Shown piece after piece: positions 18,682 through 29,448 of a DNA stretch of 40,800 nucleotides. The stretch comes from a virus. Taxonomy: Duplodnaviria; Heunggongvirae; Uroviricota; Caudoviricetes. The translations under genes were made by a program, and so were the position numbers. Where the stretch lies: IMG/VR virus record IMGVR_UViG_2571042621_000026; one strand, written 5' to 3'. Every line of letters starts with the position of its first letter. Position 1 is the first letter of the stretch. A model generated the notes under the pieces. It was not told the origin of the DNA. It saw only the letters and a program-made list of their open reading frames with translations, and ran no database searches.

Positions 18682-20304
18682 ATGCCGTTACCATTCCCCT
18701 TCGATTTTAAACATCCTGATTACCAGATGGTTTTTGAATGGCGGATGGAACGCTTACAGCGCATTCGCCAGAACCCTGAAATATTGCCAGCACTAAAACA
18801 GTTTTACCGAACCAACCCGGCTCAGTTCATCATCGACTGGGGCATGACAACGGACCCGCGTAATATTGATTATGGCCTGCCGGTGACCATTCCGTTTTTA
18901 CTCTTCCCTAAGCAGGAGGAGTGGATCCACTGGATTATGGAACGCTGGGGCAATAGGGAGAATGGTATTACCGAAAAATCCCGTGAAATGGGGCTCAGTT
19001 GGACCGCGATCGGACTGGCCTGCTCGCTTTGTCTCTTCAACAAAGAAATGGTTATCGGTTTCGGCTCCCGTAAAGAGGAATACGTCGACAGCACCGGTGA
19101 CCCGAAAGCATTGTTCTGGAAGGCACGCAAGTTCGTGGAAACGCTACCTGTAGAGTTTCGCGGTTCGTGGAGCGAGAAGAAGCACGCGCCATATATGCGT
19201 GTTGAGTTTCCTGAAACTGGTGCCGTTATCAAAGGCGAGGCTGGCGATAATATTGGTCGTGGTGACCGTACCACGCTTTATCTGGTTGATGAGGCTGCAT
19301 TCCTTCAGCGTCCTCTGCTGATTGATGCGGCGTTGTCACAAACGACGCGTTGCCGTATCGACCTGAGTTCAGTTAACGGCATGGCTAACCCGTTCGCTCA
19401 GAAGCGTCATGGCGGGAAGATACCGGTATTCACATTCCACTGGCGGGATGATCCTCGCAAGGATGAAGAGTGGTATCGCAGGGAATGCGAGAAAATCGAT
19501 AATCCGGTGGTGGTGGCACAGGAACTTGATCTGAACTACAGCGCATCAGCGGAAGGCGTTCTGATTCCATCCGAATGGGTACAGGCTGCCGTTGATGCGC
19601 ATATCAAACTGGGTATCCAGCCAACAGGCAAACGACTTGGCGCGATGGATGTCGCCGACGAAGGCAGGGACAAAAATGCCTTTTCCACCCGTCATGGCTT
19701 CCTCCTGGAAAATGTGCGGGAATGGTCCGGTGTGGGCAGCGACATTTATCAGTCCGTCGAGAAGGTTTTCGGCTTTTGCGAACAGGACAACCTCGAAGAG
19801 TTTCGCTTTGACGAGGACGGGCTGGGCGCTGGCGTTCGCGGCGATGCACGCGCTATCAACGAACTGCGTAACGCTGCGCGTCGACCGTCAATACTTGCCA
19901 CACCGTTTCGAGGTAGTGGCGCGGTATTTGATCCGGATGATGAAGCTGTTCGCGGGGACAACGGGCAAGCCGCGCGTCTGAACAAGGACTTCTTCGCTAA
20001 CGCCAAAGCCCAGAGCTGGTGGCGGTTACGTAAACTTTTTCAGAATACCTGGCGCGCCGTGGTTGAAGGTATGGCTTACAACCCGGACGAAATCATCTCA
20101 ATCAGCAGTAGCATGGCACTCAAAGATAAACTCATCATCGAGCTTTCGCAGCCGACCTATTCCATTAATGGTGTGGGAAAAATCGTTATTGATAAACAGC
20201 CTGATGGAACCCGATCTCCAAACCTTGCCGACTCGGTAATGATCAACTATGCCCCAATGAATTCAGCCCTGAACATCTGGGAGCAGCTAGGGAGACAGGC
20301 CTGA
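18682..20304 (+). CDS. Terminase large subunit
   Basis: 540-aa ORF with N-terminal ATPase-like and C-terminal nuclease-like regions. Stop overlaps the portal start. Confidence 0.8.
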   Translation: MPLPFPFDFKHPDYQMVFEWRMERLQRIRQNPEILPALKQFYRTNPAQFIIDWGMTTDPRNIDYGLPVTIPFLLFPKQEEWIHWIMERWGNRENGITEKSREMGLSWTAIGLACSLCLFNKEMVIGFGSRKEEYVDSTGDPKALFWKARKFVETLPVEFRGSWSEKKHAPYMRVEFPETGAVIKGEAGDNIGRGDRTTLYLVDEAAFLQRPLLIDAALSQTTRCRIDLSSVNGMANPFAQKRHGGKIPVFTFHWRDDPRKDEEWYRRECEKIDNPVVVAQELDLNYSASAEGVLIPSEWVQAAVDAHIKLGIQPTGKRLGAMDVADEGRDKNAFSTRHGFLLENVREWSGVGSDIYQSVEKVFGFCEQDNLEEFRFDEDGLGAGVRGDARAINELRNAARRPSILATPFRGSGAVFDPDDEAVRGDNGQAARLNKDFFANAKAQSWWRLRKLFQNTWRAVVEGMAYNPDEIISISSSMALKDKLIIELSQPTYSINGVGKIVIDKQPDGTRSPNLADSVMINYAPMNSALNIWEQLGRQA

Positions 20305-21770
20305 TGGCACGAAACAAACAAGCCCTGCGGCGAACTGCGCAGGCCACAGCTGATGGTTATGAGAATTTTATTGCCCGCGTAGGGATGCAGACACCTAACC
20401 AGCACTCAGCATCCACCTACCGGGCTAATTTCACCAGTCGTAACCGCATGCTGGTGGAATGGTCCTATCGTTCATCCTGGATCATCGGCGAAGCAGTCGA
20501 TGCTATCCCGGATGATATGACCCGCAAAGGCATTCGCATCACTTCGGAAATTGATGCAAAAGATCGTGGCATTCTCGAATCACAACTGGATGAGTTGCAA
20601 ATCTGGGATGCGCTGAATGACGTGCTGAAATGGTCGCGCCTCTACGGCGGCGCGGTGGGTTTCATCATGATTGAGGGGCAGGCACCAATGACCCCGCTGC
20701 GACCCGAAACCATCGGTAAGGGCAAGTTTAAGGGGATTCTCCCGCTCGACCGCTGGATGATCGACCCGGTACTGACCCGCCGCATTAAAGAGATGGGGCC
20801 GGACCTGGGTAAACCTGAGTTTTACGATGTGGTGACCACAGCAACGGGAATTCCTGCCTGGCGCATTCATCACAGTCGCCTGATTCGCTTTGATGGCGTC
20901 ACGCTGCCATTTCAGCAGAAGATGACCGAGAACGAATGGGGAATGTCGGTTGTAGAGCGTATCTGGGATCGTCTTACCGCGTTCGACAGCGCTACTGTCG
21001 GCGCGGCGCAGCTGGTCTACAAAGCGCATTTGCGTACCTACAGCGTGGAGAAGCTACGCGAGCTTATCGCACTTGGTGGTCCTGCGTATGAAGCGTTGCT
21101 GAAGAATATCGACCTGATTCGACAGTTCCAGAGCAATGAAGGCATGACGCTCATGGACTCGCGGGATAAGTTTGAAACCCATCAGTACAGCTTCAGTGGT
21201 CTGGATGACATCCTTTCACAGTTTGCAGAACAGATTAGTGGCGCTGTTGGTATCCCACTGGTGCGGTTGTTCGGACAGTCCCCGAAGGGATTTTCTACCG
21301 GCGATGCAGACCTTGCCAACTATTACGACCGGGTAAGCTCGTTGCAGGAGAGGCGTTTACGTCTTCCGGTGCGGCGGATACTGGACATCATGCATCGTTC
21401 GGAACTTGGCAAGCCGCTCCCGGATGATTTCACGTTTGAGTTTAACCCGCTCTGGCAAATGTCTGATGTCGATCGCTCAACGGTGGCGTTAAATACCACC
21501 AACGCAATCAGTACAGCGCTGGGTGATGGTCTGATGACACTGAAAGCCGCTATGACTGATTTGCGCGAAAATTCTGACGTAACCGGCATCGGGGCATCCA
21601 TTACCGACGAGGACATAGAGAATGCCGAAGACGAAGCGCCGCCCGGCATCAGCGAACCTGATGACGAACCGCAGGAACCGTCAGGCGGAAATCCGGTATC
21701 GAACCAGCCTACGCAGGATAGCGCGGGCGGTCGGGGACATCGTAAATGGTCGCTACGATGGTTCAAATGA
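20304..21770 (+). CDS. Portal protein
   Basis: 488 aa following the terminase, with an acidic C-terminal tail. Confidence 0.75.
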   Translation: MARNKQALRRTAQATADGYENFIARVGMQTPNQHSASTYRANFTSRNRMLVEWSYRSSWIIGEAVDAIPDDMTRKGIRITSEIDAKDRGILESQLDELQIWDALNDVLKWSRLYGGAVGFIMIEGQAPMTPLRPETIGKGKFKGILPLDRWMIDPVLTRRIKEMGPDLGKPEFYDVVTTATGIPAWRIHHSRLIRFDGVTLPFQQKMTENEWGMSVVERIWDRLTAFDSATVGAAQLVYKAHLRTYSVEKLRELIALGGPAYEALLKNIDLIRQFQSNEGMTLMDSRDKFETHQYSFSGLDDILSQFAEQISGAVGIPLVRLFGQSPKGFSTGDADLANYYDRVSSLQERRLRLPVRRILDIMHRSELGKPLPDDFTFEFNPLWQMSDVDRSTVALNTTNAISTALGDGLMTLKAAMTDLRENSDVTGIGASITDEDIENAEDEAPPGISEPDDEPQEPSGGNPVSNQPTQDSAGGRGHRKWSLRWFK

Positions 21771-22395
21771 CAGTATCACGGAAATTATTGAGGCGCTGGA
21801 ACGCTACAGTGAAATCATAACCCCCTGGGCGACAAAGGTCGCGGAAAACTTTACTGCGGACCTAACCCGGCAGAACGAGAAAGTTTGGCGGCAACACAGC
21901 AAGAACATCAGTCGCGAGCTCCGCAATCTTGTGGAAAGCGCTCCTGTGGGCCAGGTGATGCAATCCATCATCGCCGAACAGGTCAAGTACATCAAATCGC
22001 TCCCCCTCGAGGCGGCTGACAGGGTGTACGACATCCAGAATCGGGCGACAGAAGCTGTTGTGACCGGTGGGAGAGCAGAACATTTTGCTAAAGAAATAGC
22101 CGCATCGGGTGATATAGCAAAGTCCAGAGCTGACCTGATTGCCCGTACTGAACTTGGACGTGCAACCGGCGCGCTGGATCAGGCGCGTGCGCTGTCAATT
22201 GGTTCGAATGGTTATATCTGGCGTACAGCCGAAGATGGTGACGTCAGGCATTCTCATCGGGAAATGGAAGGTAAATTTGTCGAATGGGGCAAACCTCCAA
22301 CGCTTGACGGCATGACAGGTCACGCTGGCGAGCTCCCGAATTGTCGCTGTTATAAAGAAATCGTTTTTCCCACCTCCCAATCTTACCCCGCCTGA
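21622..22395 (+). CDS. Head morphogenesis protein (Mu F-like)
   Basis: About 257 aa with a conserved C-terminal region (WRTAEDGDVRHSHREMEGK...CRC). ATG at 21622 has a GAGGA SD 8 nt upstream. The ORF overlaps the portal 3' end by 149 nt in another frame. Confidence 0.55.
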   Translation: MPKTKRRPASANLMTNRRNRQAEIRYRTSLRRIARAVGDIVNGRYDGSNDSITEIIEALERYSEIITPWATKVAENFTADLTRQNEKVWRQHSKNISRELRNLVESAPVGQVMQSIIAEQVKYIKSLPLEAADRVYDIQNRATEAVVTGGRAEHFAKEIAASGDIAKSRADLIARTELGRATGALDQARALSIGSNGYIWRTAEDGDVRHSHREMEGKFVEWGKPPTLDGMTGHAGELPNCRCYKEIVFPTSQSYPA

Positions 22396-22409
22396 ATCGC
22401 AGGTAACAC

Positions 22410-23630
22410 ATGAAATATTTTTTCAATACCCGGCTGGGGGAAACCCGCTATCAGCTGGCTGACGGCTCGTTGCTGTGCAAAGACGTGCCGATAGGACGAA
22501 CAGGTAAGCAGCTCTATGGTGCTGATGACCTGCCAAAACTGAAACCCGATAAGTTCGGTGAAATAGTCGTCACGCGTTCTCCTGAGCAGGTATTCCATCC
22601 CGCCACGCTTGCCTCATTCGAAGGAATGAGTATCACGGTGTTGCATCCCGAGGATGAAAACGGGGATGTGCGGCTGGTGAATCCAGAGAACTGGAAAGAG
22701 CTCGCGGTCGGGCATCTTCAGAATGTCCGGCGCGGGACGGGTATGCAGTCTGATTTGATGCTGGCTGACCTTATCGTCAAAGACGAAAACGCCATTCAGC
22801 TGATCGAAGATGGCCTGCGCGAAGTGTCGTGTGGCTATGACGCGGAATATAAGCAGACTGAGCCGGGTAAGGCTGAGCAGGTTGATATTACCGGAAACCA
22901 TGTGGCTCTTGTCCCTAAAGGCAGAGCCGGAAATCGTTGTGCAATTGGAGACAGAGACACAATGGCAAATCAAAAGAAAAGCTGGTGGACCCGCATGCGC
23001 ACGGCCATCAAAACGGGTGACGCTGACACCATGAACGAACTGGTGGAGTCGGCTCCCGCATCGGTTACAGGAGATGAGGGGGATTTGCCGCAGGGCGTTA
23101 ATCTCAACATCAACCTGTCCCCGCAGCAACCGCTACCGGACAAAGCACCAGAGATGGGCGGAGGTCCAACGGGCGACAGTGATGATGACCTCAAAACATT
23201 ACTGAAAGCCCTGCTGGCTAAGCTGGAAGGAAATGCGACGGGCGATAACGACAATAAGCCTGACGATACTCCGACCGGTGACGGCGAGGACGATGAAGAG
23301 GAAACCACGATTACTGGTGACTCAGCCTGGCGTGCCGAAGTTATCGTTCCGGGTATTGATCTGAGCCGTAAGATGAAACCGACCGCGTTCAAACGTGAGG
23401 TTCTGGCTTCTGCTGACAAAACGCTGGTTCGCCAGATAGTCGGTGATGCGGATATCCGCAAATTGCCGAAACAATCGGTCGACATGGCGTTTAATGCCGT
23501 GTCTGAGATTGCCAAAGGGCGAAACACCCGCGCCACCACCGGCGATGCACAGCGCCCAAATATGGGCATGACCAGTATCGCTTCCCTGAACAAACAAAAC
23601 GCTGAATTCTGGGCAAACCGTAAAGGGTAA
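22410..23630 (+). CDS. Putative capsid scaffold/protease-like protein
   Basis: 406 aa with a structured N-terminal domain, then an acidic, proline-rich low-complexity linker, then a C-terminal domain. Position between portal/F and capsid. Confidence 0.45.
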   Translation: MKYFFNTRLGETRYQLADGSLLCKDVPIGRTGKQLYGADDLPKLKPDKFGEIVVTRSPEQVFHPATLASFEGMSITVLHPEDENGDVRLVNPENWKELAVGHLQNVRRGTGMQSDLMLADLIVKDENAIQLIEDGLREVSCGYDAEYKQTEPGKAEQVDITGNHVALVPKGRAGNRCAIGDRDTMANQKKSWWTRMRTAIKTGDADTMNELVESAPASVTGDEGDLPQGVNLNINLSPQQPLPDKAPEMGGGPTGDSDDDLKTLLKALLAKLEGNATGDNDNKPDDTPTGDGEDDEEETTITGDSAWRAEVIVPGIDLSRKMKPTAFKREVLASADKTLVRQIVGDADIRKLPKQSVDMAFNAVSEIAKGRNTRATTGDAQRPNMGMTSIASLNKQNAEFWANRKG

Positions 23631-23633
23631 AAA

Positions 23634-24140
23634 ATGAATAATGTATTTCTGTACCGGATGCCTGTTGGCATTGCCGGGGCTGTCTCTCGCCCGCAGGACT
23701 TAACCGTCGAACCGGTGGTCCTTAAATCCGATAACGCCTTCGCTGCCTATGGCCTGGCTGGTAAATACGATGATGACGGTTTTTTCGTGCCGCTGGCAGA
23801 TGGTGATACCGCAGACAATGTGAAGGGGATCTACGTGCGCCCTTATCCGACCACGTCGCAGCCGGACATGGTTCGCCAGGTGGGAACAGGCAAGAACTTC
23901 CCGGGCGACGCCATGAAGCGTGGCTACGTGACTGTTAATCTCGGTTCTGATTTTGATGCCAGCACCATCAAAAAAGGCGACCCGGTATACGTTGTCGTCT
24001 CCACTGATGAATCCATCAAAGTGCCGCTGGGTGGATTCATGTCCACGTCAGTCAGTGGCAAAAATGTGGTGCTGACCAACGCTGAATTCACAGGTGCCGG
24101 TGATGCTGACGGCAATGCAGAAATTTCCTGGAAGATTTAA
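23634..24140 (+). CDS. Putative head structural/decoration protein
   Basis: 168-aa ORF with an AAAGGG SD. Position immediately upstream of the major capsid gene. Confidence 0.4.
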   Translation: MNNVFLYRMPVGIAGAVSRPQDLTVEPVVLKSDNAFAAYGLAGKYDDDGFFVPLADGDTADNVKGIYVRPYPTTSQPDMVRQVGTGKNFPGDAMKRGYVTVNLGSDFDASTIKKGDPVYVVVSTDESIKVPLGGFMSTSVSGKNVVLTNAEFTGAGDADGNAEISWKI

Positions 24141-24151
24141 GGAACAGACGA

Positions 24152-25093
24152 ATGATTACTTTTGATCAGGCAACCGTTGACAGCTCTGGTGCCTTTCTCA
24201 TCGGGGAGCTGGAGCGACTCGACCAGACGCTGAACCTGCCACTGGTGGGGTACACCTGGACCCGCGATATTCAGTTGCGTGAAGATGTCTCTATCGCAGA
24301 TGACATTTCCAGCTGGACGAATACCAGCTTCGCCGCTGCGGGTACTGGTGCAAATCCGAATGGCAAAAACTGGATAGGCAAAGACTCAACCGCTATTGCT
24401 GGCGTGAACGTGGATATCGGCAAATCCGGTAACCCGCTGAACCTGTGGGGGATGGAACTTGGCTGGACGGTCATAGAATTGAAGGCTGCTCAGCAGGTCG
24501 GACGCCCGATCGATACGCAGAAGTATGACGGGATGCAACTGAAATGGCAGATGGATAACGATGAACAGGTGTATGTTGGCGATTCCGCATTAAACCTGAA
24601 AGGTCTTGTTACCCTGGACGGTGTGCCTGTCAACAACGCTGCCAAAACGTGGGCAACCTCAACACCGGACGAAATCCGCGCAAGCATTAACCAGGTGCTG
24701 TCTGATGCGTGGGCCGCTTCCGGTTACTCTGTGGTTCCGCGTGATTTGCTGATCCCGCCTGAGCAGTTTGCTCTGTTGTCCAGCATCATCGTTTCATCTG
24801 CGGGTAACCAGTCCCTGTTGACGTACCTTCAGACCAACACCATCAGCTATCACCAGAACGGTGTTCCGCTGAATATCCGCGCGGTTAAATGGCTGAAAGG
24901 CCGTGGTGTGGGGAATAAGGATCGCATGGTTGCGTACACCAACGATAAAAAATACGTCCGCTACCCGCTGGTTCCGCTTCAGAGCGTGCCGGTGCAGTAT
25001 CGCGGTCTGTATCAGATCGTCACTTACTACGGCAAGCTGGGTGCAGTCGAGCCAGTGTACAAAGAAACCATTTCGTACGTTGATGGCATTTAA
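24152..25093 (+). CDS. Putative major capsid protein
   Basis: 313-aa ORF with an AAGGAA SD. Largest head-module ORF after the scaffold. Confidence 0.55.
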   Translation: MITFDQATVDSSGAFLIGELERLDQTLNLPLVGYTWTRDIQLREDVSIADDISSWTNTSFAAAGTGANPNGKNWIGKDSTAIAGVNVDIGKSGNPLNLWGMELGWTVIELKAAQQVGRPIDTQKYDGMQLKWQMDNDEQVYVGDSALNLKGLVTLDGVPVNNAAKTWATSTPDEIRASINQVLSDAWAASGYSVVPRDLLIPPEQFALLSSIIVSSAGNQSLLTYLQTNTISYHQNGVPLNIRAVKWLKGRGVGNKDRMVAYTNDKKYVRYPLVPLQSVPVQYRGLYQIVTYYGKLGAVEPVYKETISYVDGI

Positions 25094-25135
25094 CAGCCAC
25101 ATGGCCTCCTGGCGGGGGCCATTAAGGATGACCCG

Positions 25136-25357
25136 ATGGCAAAAAATAATGCAGTAATACACGTACATACCCCGTTTGTGCTCACGCTTCCCGACGGTTC
25201 ACGGCGCGAGTTTGTTAAAGGCCGTCATGCTGTGGAGGAAGAAGTTGCCACGCACTGGTTCACTCGTGCGCACGCGGAAGTATCCGTTGGCAAAGCCACA
25301 GACGCGCGTAACGAGGTAAAAAATGCCAAAGAATCAAAGTCTGCCAGCGGTAAGTGA
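25136..25357 (+). CDS. Small hypothetical head-module protein
   Basis: 73-aa ORF with an AAGGA SD 8 nt upstream. Confidence 0.35.
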   Translation: MAKNNAVIHVHTPFVLTLPDGSRREFVKGRHAVEEEVATHWFTRAHAEVSVGKATDARNEVKNAKESKSASGK

Positions 25358-25730
25358 TTTTCGCCGCGACTTCCCGCAGTTTGCTGACCCTGCCAAATAT
25401 CCCGAAGCGCAAATCCAGTTTCGTCTGAATCTGGCCGATGAACTGCTGAGCGAAAACGTCACCGGCAAAAAGTTGTTTCCGTACTTTGCCGGGTTGTTCG
25501 TTGCGCACTACATGACGCTCTGGGCGGCAGACAGCCGGGCGATGCTGGCTGGTGGTCCGGGTGGTTCAACCAATGGTGTTCAGTCCTCAAAGTCCGTGGA
25601 TAAGGTAAGCGTCAGTTATGACACCAGCGCGACGCTGAATCCTGATGCAGGTTTCTGGAATAACACCCGATATGGCGCTGAATTTTATCAGTTGATCACG
25701 ATGTTCGGTGCAGGCGGTCGCCAGCTATGA
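25323..25730 (+). CDS. Putative head-tail adaptor/connector protein
   Basis: 135 aa with a GAGGT SD. Overlapping gene boundaries typical of head-completion genes. Confidence 0.45.
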   Translation: MPKNQSLPAVSDFRRDFPQFADPAKYPEAQIQFRLNLADELLSENVTGKKLFPYFAGLFVAHYMTLWAADSRAMLAGGPGGSTNGVQSSKSVDKVSVSYDTSATLNPDAGFWNNTRYGAEFYQLITMFGAGGRQL

Positions 25731-26281
25731 GTTTCAAAAGCGGTGTAACAACGAGGGTGGATAACGCTAAGGTCATTCTGGATGTGCTCAGGTCGTTAAC
25801 CAAAAAAGATGTGCTGGTCGGCATCCCTTCGGAAGACAGCGAGCGGGATGATGTTCCGTTTGGTAATGCGGGCATCGGTTACCTCAACGAATACGGCTCA
25901 CCAGAGCAGAACATCCCGCCACGACCTCACCTGGTCCCCGGCGTTAAATCGGCAGAAGAGCAGACGGTGCCGCAGCTCAAAGCCGCGGCGCAGGCTGCTC
26001 TTGATGGTAATGCTGCGGGAGCAGAACGCGCACTCAACCGTGCCGGAACGCTGGCCGTTAATGGCGTCAGGCGTTACATGACCATTACCGGCTTTACGCC
26101 GCTTGCTGACAGTACTGTTGAAGCCCGGGCTCGTCGGGGGCGCAAGGGGGCAACACTGGAACTTGCCCGGCGTGCTGCTGGCGAATCTCCGGGAACCGAA
26201 CTGGCGAAACCATTAATTGATACCGGGCAATATCGCAGAGCTATTACCCATGTTGTGAGGGATAAAAATGCCGACTCTTGA
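25727..26281 (+). CDS. Putative head completion / neck protein
   Basis: 184-aa ORF with ATGA overlap to the upstream gene. Confidence 0.45.
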   Translation: MSFKSGVTTRVDNAKVILDVLRSLTKKDVLVGIPSEDSERDDVPFGNAGIGYLNEYGSPEQNIPPRPHLVPGVKSAEEQTVPQLKAAAQAALDGNAAGAERALNRAGTLAVNGVRRYMTITGFTPLADSTVEARARRGRKGATLELARRAAGESPGTELAKPLIDTGQYRRAITHVVRDKNADS

Positions 26282-26657
26282 TGTAACAGATGTGCTTTTT
26301 GACCCCGATTTTTGCGACTTCAATTTGTGGGTAACACGCCGTGTGCAAACGGTGGATGAGGACGGGATCGGCAGAGACAGCGAAGTTAAAAAGCAGTTTG
26401 CCGGAGTCGTAACTGTTGATCGCTCTCTGGAAAACCGTCGTATGCAGGCCGGGCAGGTAATCAGCGGTGCAATTCTGATTGTGACGACTGAGCGACTGAC
26501 GCAGGGACAGACTGGCCGTGATGCCGATATCGTGACGTATCAGGGCCGTGATTATCGTGTGACCTTCGTCGACCCGTATACAGCTTATGGGGCCGGATTC
26601 GTTCAGGCGCATTGTGAGTTGATGCCGTTTGATGGGGGAACTCCGGTTGAGCAATAA
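26268..26657 (+). CDS. Putative head-tail joining protein
   Basis: 129-aa ORF with a GAGGGA SD. Confidence 0.45.
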   Translation: MPTLDVTDVLFDPDFCDFNLWVTRRVQTVDEDGIGRDSEVKKQFAGVVTVDRSLENRRMQAGQVISGAILIVTTERLTQGQTGRDADIVTYQGRDYRVTFVDPYTAYGAGFVQAHCELMPFDGGTPVEQ

Positions 26658-27195
26658 CACCAGTACAGAGCGCGGATGGTTAATACCAACCAGTGGCGAT
26701 CCGGATTATGACGAAGCGCTCGACAGGCTGTTAAGCCAGTGGATGCGTAACGTTTCCGGCCTGTCTGCCGGGATGGTTCGCCCGCGCTGGCAGAAAGAGC
26801 AGCCGCCACTGCTACCGGTTGAAACGAACTGGTGTGCATTTGGGGTTATCGGATGGTCAGGTGATGACAGTCCGGCATTCACCAGACAGACCGATGATGG
26901 CTCTCAGCTCTGGCGGCATGAAACGATTGAGTGTATGGCTTCGTTTTATGGACCGGCGGGGATGGTGTATGCGTCCCGGTTTCGTGACGGTATATCTGTG
27001 CCGCAGAACAATGCAGCACTGAATGCGCTGGGGCTGTCTCTTGGCGATTACACAGGTCTGACTCCCTTCCCTGAACTTATTAATCAGCAATGGGTCCGCC
27101 GCTACGATATGACGGTGCGCCTGCGCCGGAAGGTTGTGCGCGAGTACGGTATTAAATCGCTGGTGGAAGCACCAGTCATCTTTTTCGGAGATTAA
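26632..27195 (+). CDS. Putative tail completion / sheath-terminator protein
   Basis: About 187 aa. Start uncertain: TTG at 26629 or ATG at 26632. Immediately upstream of the sheath gene. Confidence 0.4.
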   Translation: MGELRLSNNTSTERGWLIPTSGDPDYDEALDRLLSQWMRNVSGLSAGMVRPRWQKEQPPLLPVETNWCAFGVIGWSGDDSPAFTRQTDDGSQLWRHETIECMASFYGPAGMVYASRFRDGISVPQNNAALNALGLSLGDYTGLTPFPELINQQWVRRYDMTVRLRRKVVREYGIKSLVEAPVIFFGD

Positions 27196-27198
27196 GCT

Positions 27199-28344
27199 AT
27201 GGCACAGGGCTTGCCTGTATCAAACGTTGTTAATGTTGATGTGATCATGTCGCCGCGTGCAGCATCAGGGCGAAATTTTGGTGCATTACTCATTCTCGGC
27301 CCGTCCACAATCATTCCGGTAAGTGAGCGCATTCGCCGTTATTCTGCCGCGGAAGATATTGGAAAAGATTTTGGCGTGGAATCACCAGAATATAAGGCTG
27401 CGCAGGTGTTTTTCTCACAATCACCGAAACCTCAGGAGGTTTTTGTTGGTCGTTGGGTGAAAACGAAGGGAGACAGCGAACAGGCCACGCCTGAGACGCT
27501 GGAGCAGGCTGTGAATGCCATGCTCGATTATACTTCATGGTATGGGCTGGGGATTGCAGACGATGAAGATATTCCGGATGCAGACTGGCTGAAAGTGGCT
27601 GCGGCGATCGAATCCTCTTCTGTAAGCCGTATTCTGGCGATTACGACAAGCGATGAGAAATGCCTGCAGACTGCATCCAGCGATGATTTGGCATCAAAAC
27701 TGAAAACCGCCGGATATTCACGCAGTTTTATTCAATATTCATCGGGTAATAAATACGCTGCGTTATCTGCATTTGGCCGGGCATTCACGGTTAATTTCAA
27801 TGGCAGTAATACCGCGATTACGCTCAAGTTTAAGCAGGAGCCGGGTGTCGGGTATGAAACACTGACAGTCAGCCAGGCATCGGCACTTGATGCAAAAAAC
27901 TGCAATGTGTTCGTGTACTACCAGAATGATACAGCTATCCTCCAGCAGGGAGTGATGGCTAACGGCGATTTCTTTGATGAACGCCACGGCCTGGACTGGT
28001 TACAGAATTATGTGCAGACCAACCTCTATAACCTGCTTTATACCAGCACCACGAAAGTTCCCCAGACTGAAGCCGGTATTACCCGACTGTTATCAAATGT
28101 TGAAAAATCACTGGATCAGGCCGTTCAGAATGGACTGATTGCTCCGGGCGTATGGAACGGGGGCGACCTTGGCCAGTTGTCATCAGGTGACACGCTGCCC
28201 AAAGGTTATTACGTATACGCCCAGCCGCTGGATGAACAGGCACAATCAGAACGTGAAGCCCGTAAGGCTCCGGTGATTCAGGCTGCAATAAAACTTGCAG
28301 GCGCGGTTCATTACGCTGACGTACAGATTAACGTTGTTCGCTAA
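27199..28344 (+). CDS. Contractile tail sheath protein
   Basis: 381-aa ORF with a GGAG SD. Followed by the tube, chaperone and tape-measure genes in the canonical myovirus order. Confidence 0.7.
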   Translation: MAQGLPVSNVVNVDVIMSPRAASGRNFGALLILGPSTIIPVSERIRRYSAAEDIGKDFGVESPEYKAAQVFFSQSPKPQEVFVGRWVKTKGDSEQATPETLEQAVNAMLDYTSWYGLGIADDEDIPDADWLKVAAAIESSSVSRILAITTSDEKCLQTASSDDLASKLKTAGYSRSFIQYSSGNKYAALSAFGRAFTVNFNGSNTAITLKFKQEPGVGYETLTVSQASALDAKNCNVFVYYQNDTAILQQGVMANGDFFDERHGLDWLQNYVQTNLYNLLYTSTTKVPQTEAGITRLLSNVEKSLDQAVQNGLIAPGVWNGGDLGQLSSGDTLPKGYYVYAQPLDEQAQSEREARKAPVIQAAIKLAGAVHYADVQINVVR

Positions 28345-28354
28345 GGGGAAGTGA

Positions 28355-28795
28355 ATGTCTACCTATTCTTTTATGGATGTCACTGCGACGCTGACCGGGC
28401 CGACCGGTTCGATTGACCTCGGGTACGGTTCTGCAAGTTCTGAAGAGGGGATTGTGGTTGCGATGGGCGGTCCTAAAAACACCATGACCATCGGTGCTGA
28501 TGGCGAAGTGATGCACAGTCTCCATGCAGATAAAAGCGGGACGATTACCGTTAACCTTCTGAAGACATCACCGACAAATAAAAAATTGTCGCTGGCGTAT
28601 AACGCACAGAGCCAGTCTTCTGCCACATGGGGGAATAACGTTATTGTGATCCGAAACAAGGTCAGCGGCGACATCATCACGGCACGTAGTGTTGCGTTCC
28701 AGAAACAACCGGATAATGCCAACGCTAAAACCGGTAATACGATGCCGTGGGTGTTTGACTGCGGCAAGATTGACCAGGTTCTCGGGAAGTTTTAA
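28355..28795 (+). CDS. Tail tube protein
   Basis: 146-aa ORF with an AAGGGGAAG SD, directly after the sheath gene. Confidence 0.65.
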   Translation: MSTYSFMDVTATLTGPTGSIDLGYGSASSEEGIVVAMGGPKNTMTIGADGEVMHSLHADKSGTITVNLLKTSPTNKKLSLAYNAQSQSSATWGNNVIVIRNKVSGDIITARSVAFQKQPDNANAKTGNTMPWVFDCGKIDQVLGKF

Positions 28796-28798
28796 TAC

Positions 28799-29251
28799 AT
28801 GGAATTCGAAATCAAAGGCGTGAAATATCGCGCGGCAAAACTCAGCGTTTTTGATCAGCTGAAAGTGACCCGCAAACTTCTGCCGGTGCTGGCAGGAATG
28901 ATGTCAGATTTCGGGAGCATTCGCTCCCGTTTGCCTGCTGATGGCAAAATCGACACCGTGAAATTAGAGCAGTTAAAACCGGTGTTTGAAACCATGCTCC
29001 CGCGTATCGCTGAGGAACTGTCTTCCCTGACCGAAGATGACACCGATGCGATTATTCATCCCTGTCTTGCGGTGGTATCGCGGCGTCATATGGACGGATG
29101 GGTGCCGGTATTTACCCAGGGCGAACTGATGTTTGATGATATTGACCTGCTGGTCATGCTGCAGCTGGTGGCGCGGGTGGTCGCCGATTCGCTGGGAAAT
29201 TTTTTGCCTACACCCCTTACCAGCACGACGCAGAGCCTGCAACAGGGCTGA
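28799..29251 (+). CDS. Tail assembly chaperone (short form)
   Basis: 150-aa ORF between the tube and tape-measure genes. Contains the slippery heptamer A_AAT_TTT at 29197..29203. Confidence 0.6.
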   Translation: MEFEIKGVKYRAAKLSVFDQLKVTRKLLPVLAGMMSDFGSIRSRLPADGKIDTVKLEQLKPVFETMLPRIAEELSSLTEDDTDAIIHPCLAVVSRRHMDGWVPVFTQGELMFDDIDLLVMLQLVARVVADSLGNFLPTPLTSTTQSLQQG

Positions 29252-29448
29252 CGTTTAACAGCCTGCCGGACGGGCTGTCCTACCTTCTCAATCCGGTTGA
29301 CGCCGGGTTAATTCCTTATACAGCACTTAAAGATGGCTCTGTCGATTTGTACGACATTGCTCTCTTGAATGACCATCTGGCGGTAAAAGCGGATAACCAG
29401 CGGCGCATTGAGAAATGGAGAGAGGATAATGAACGCCGAGACTATTAA
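28799..29448 (+). CDS. Tail assembly chaperone, predicted -1 frameshift-extended form
   Basis: The -1 frame is open from 29146 to the stop at 29446..29448. A -1 slip at AAATTTT (29197..29203) would fuse about 133 aa of the chaperone to about 81 aa of extension (…TFNSLPDGLSYLLNPVDAGLIPY...). Confidence 0.5.
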
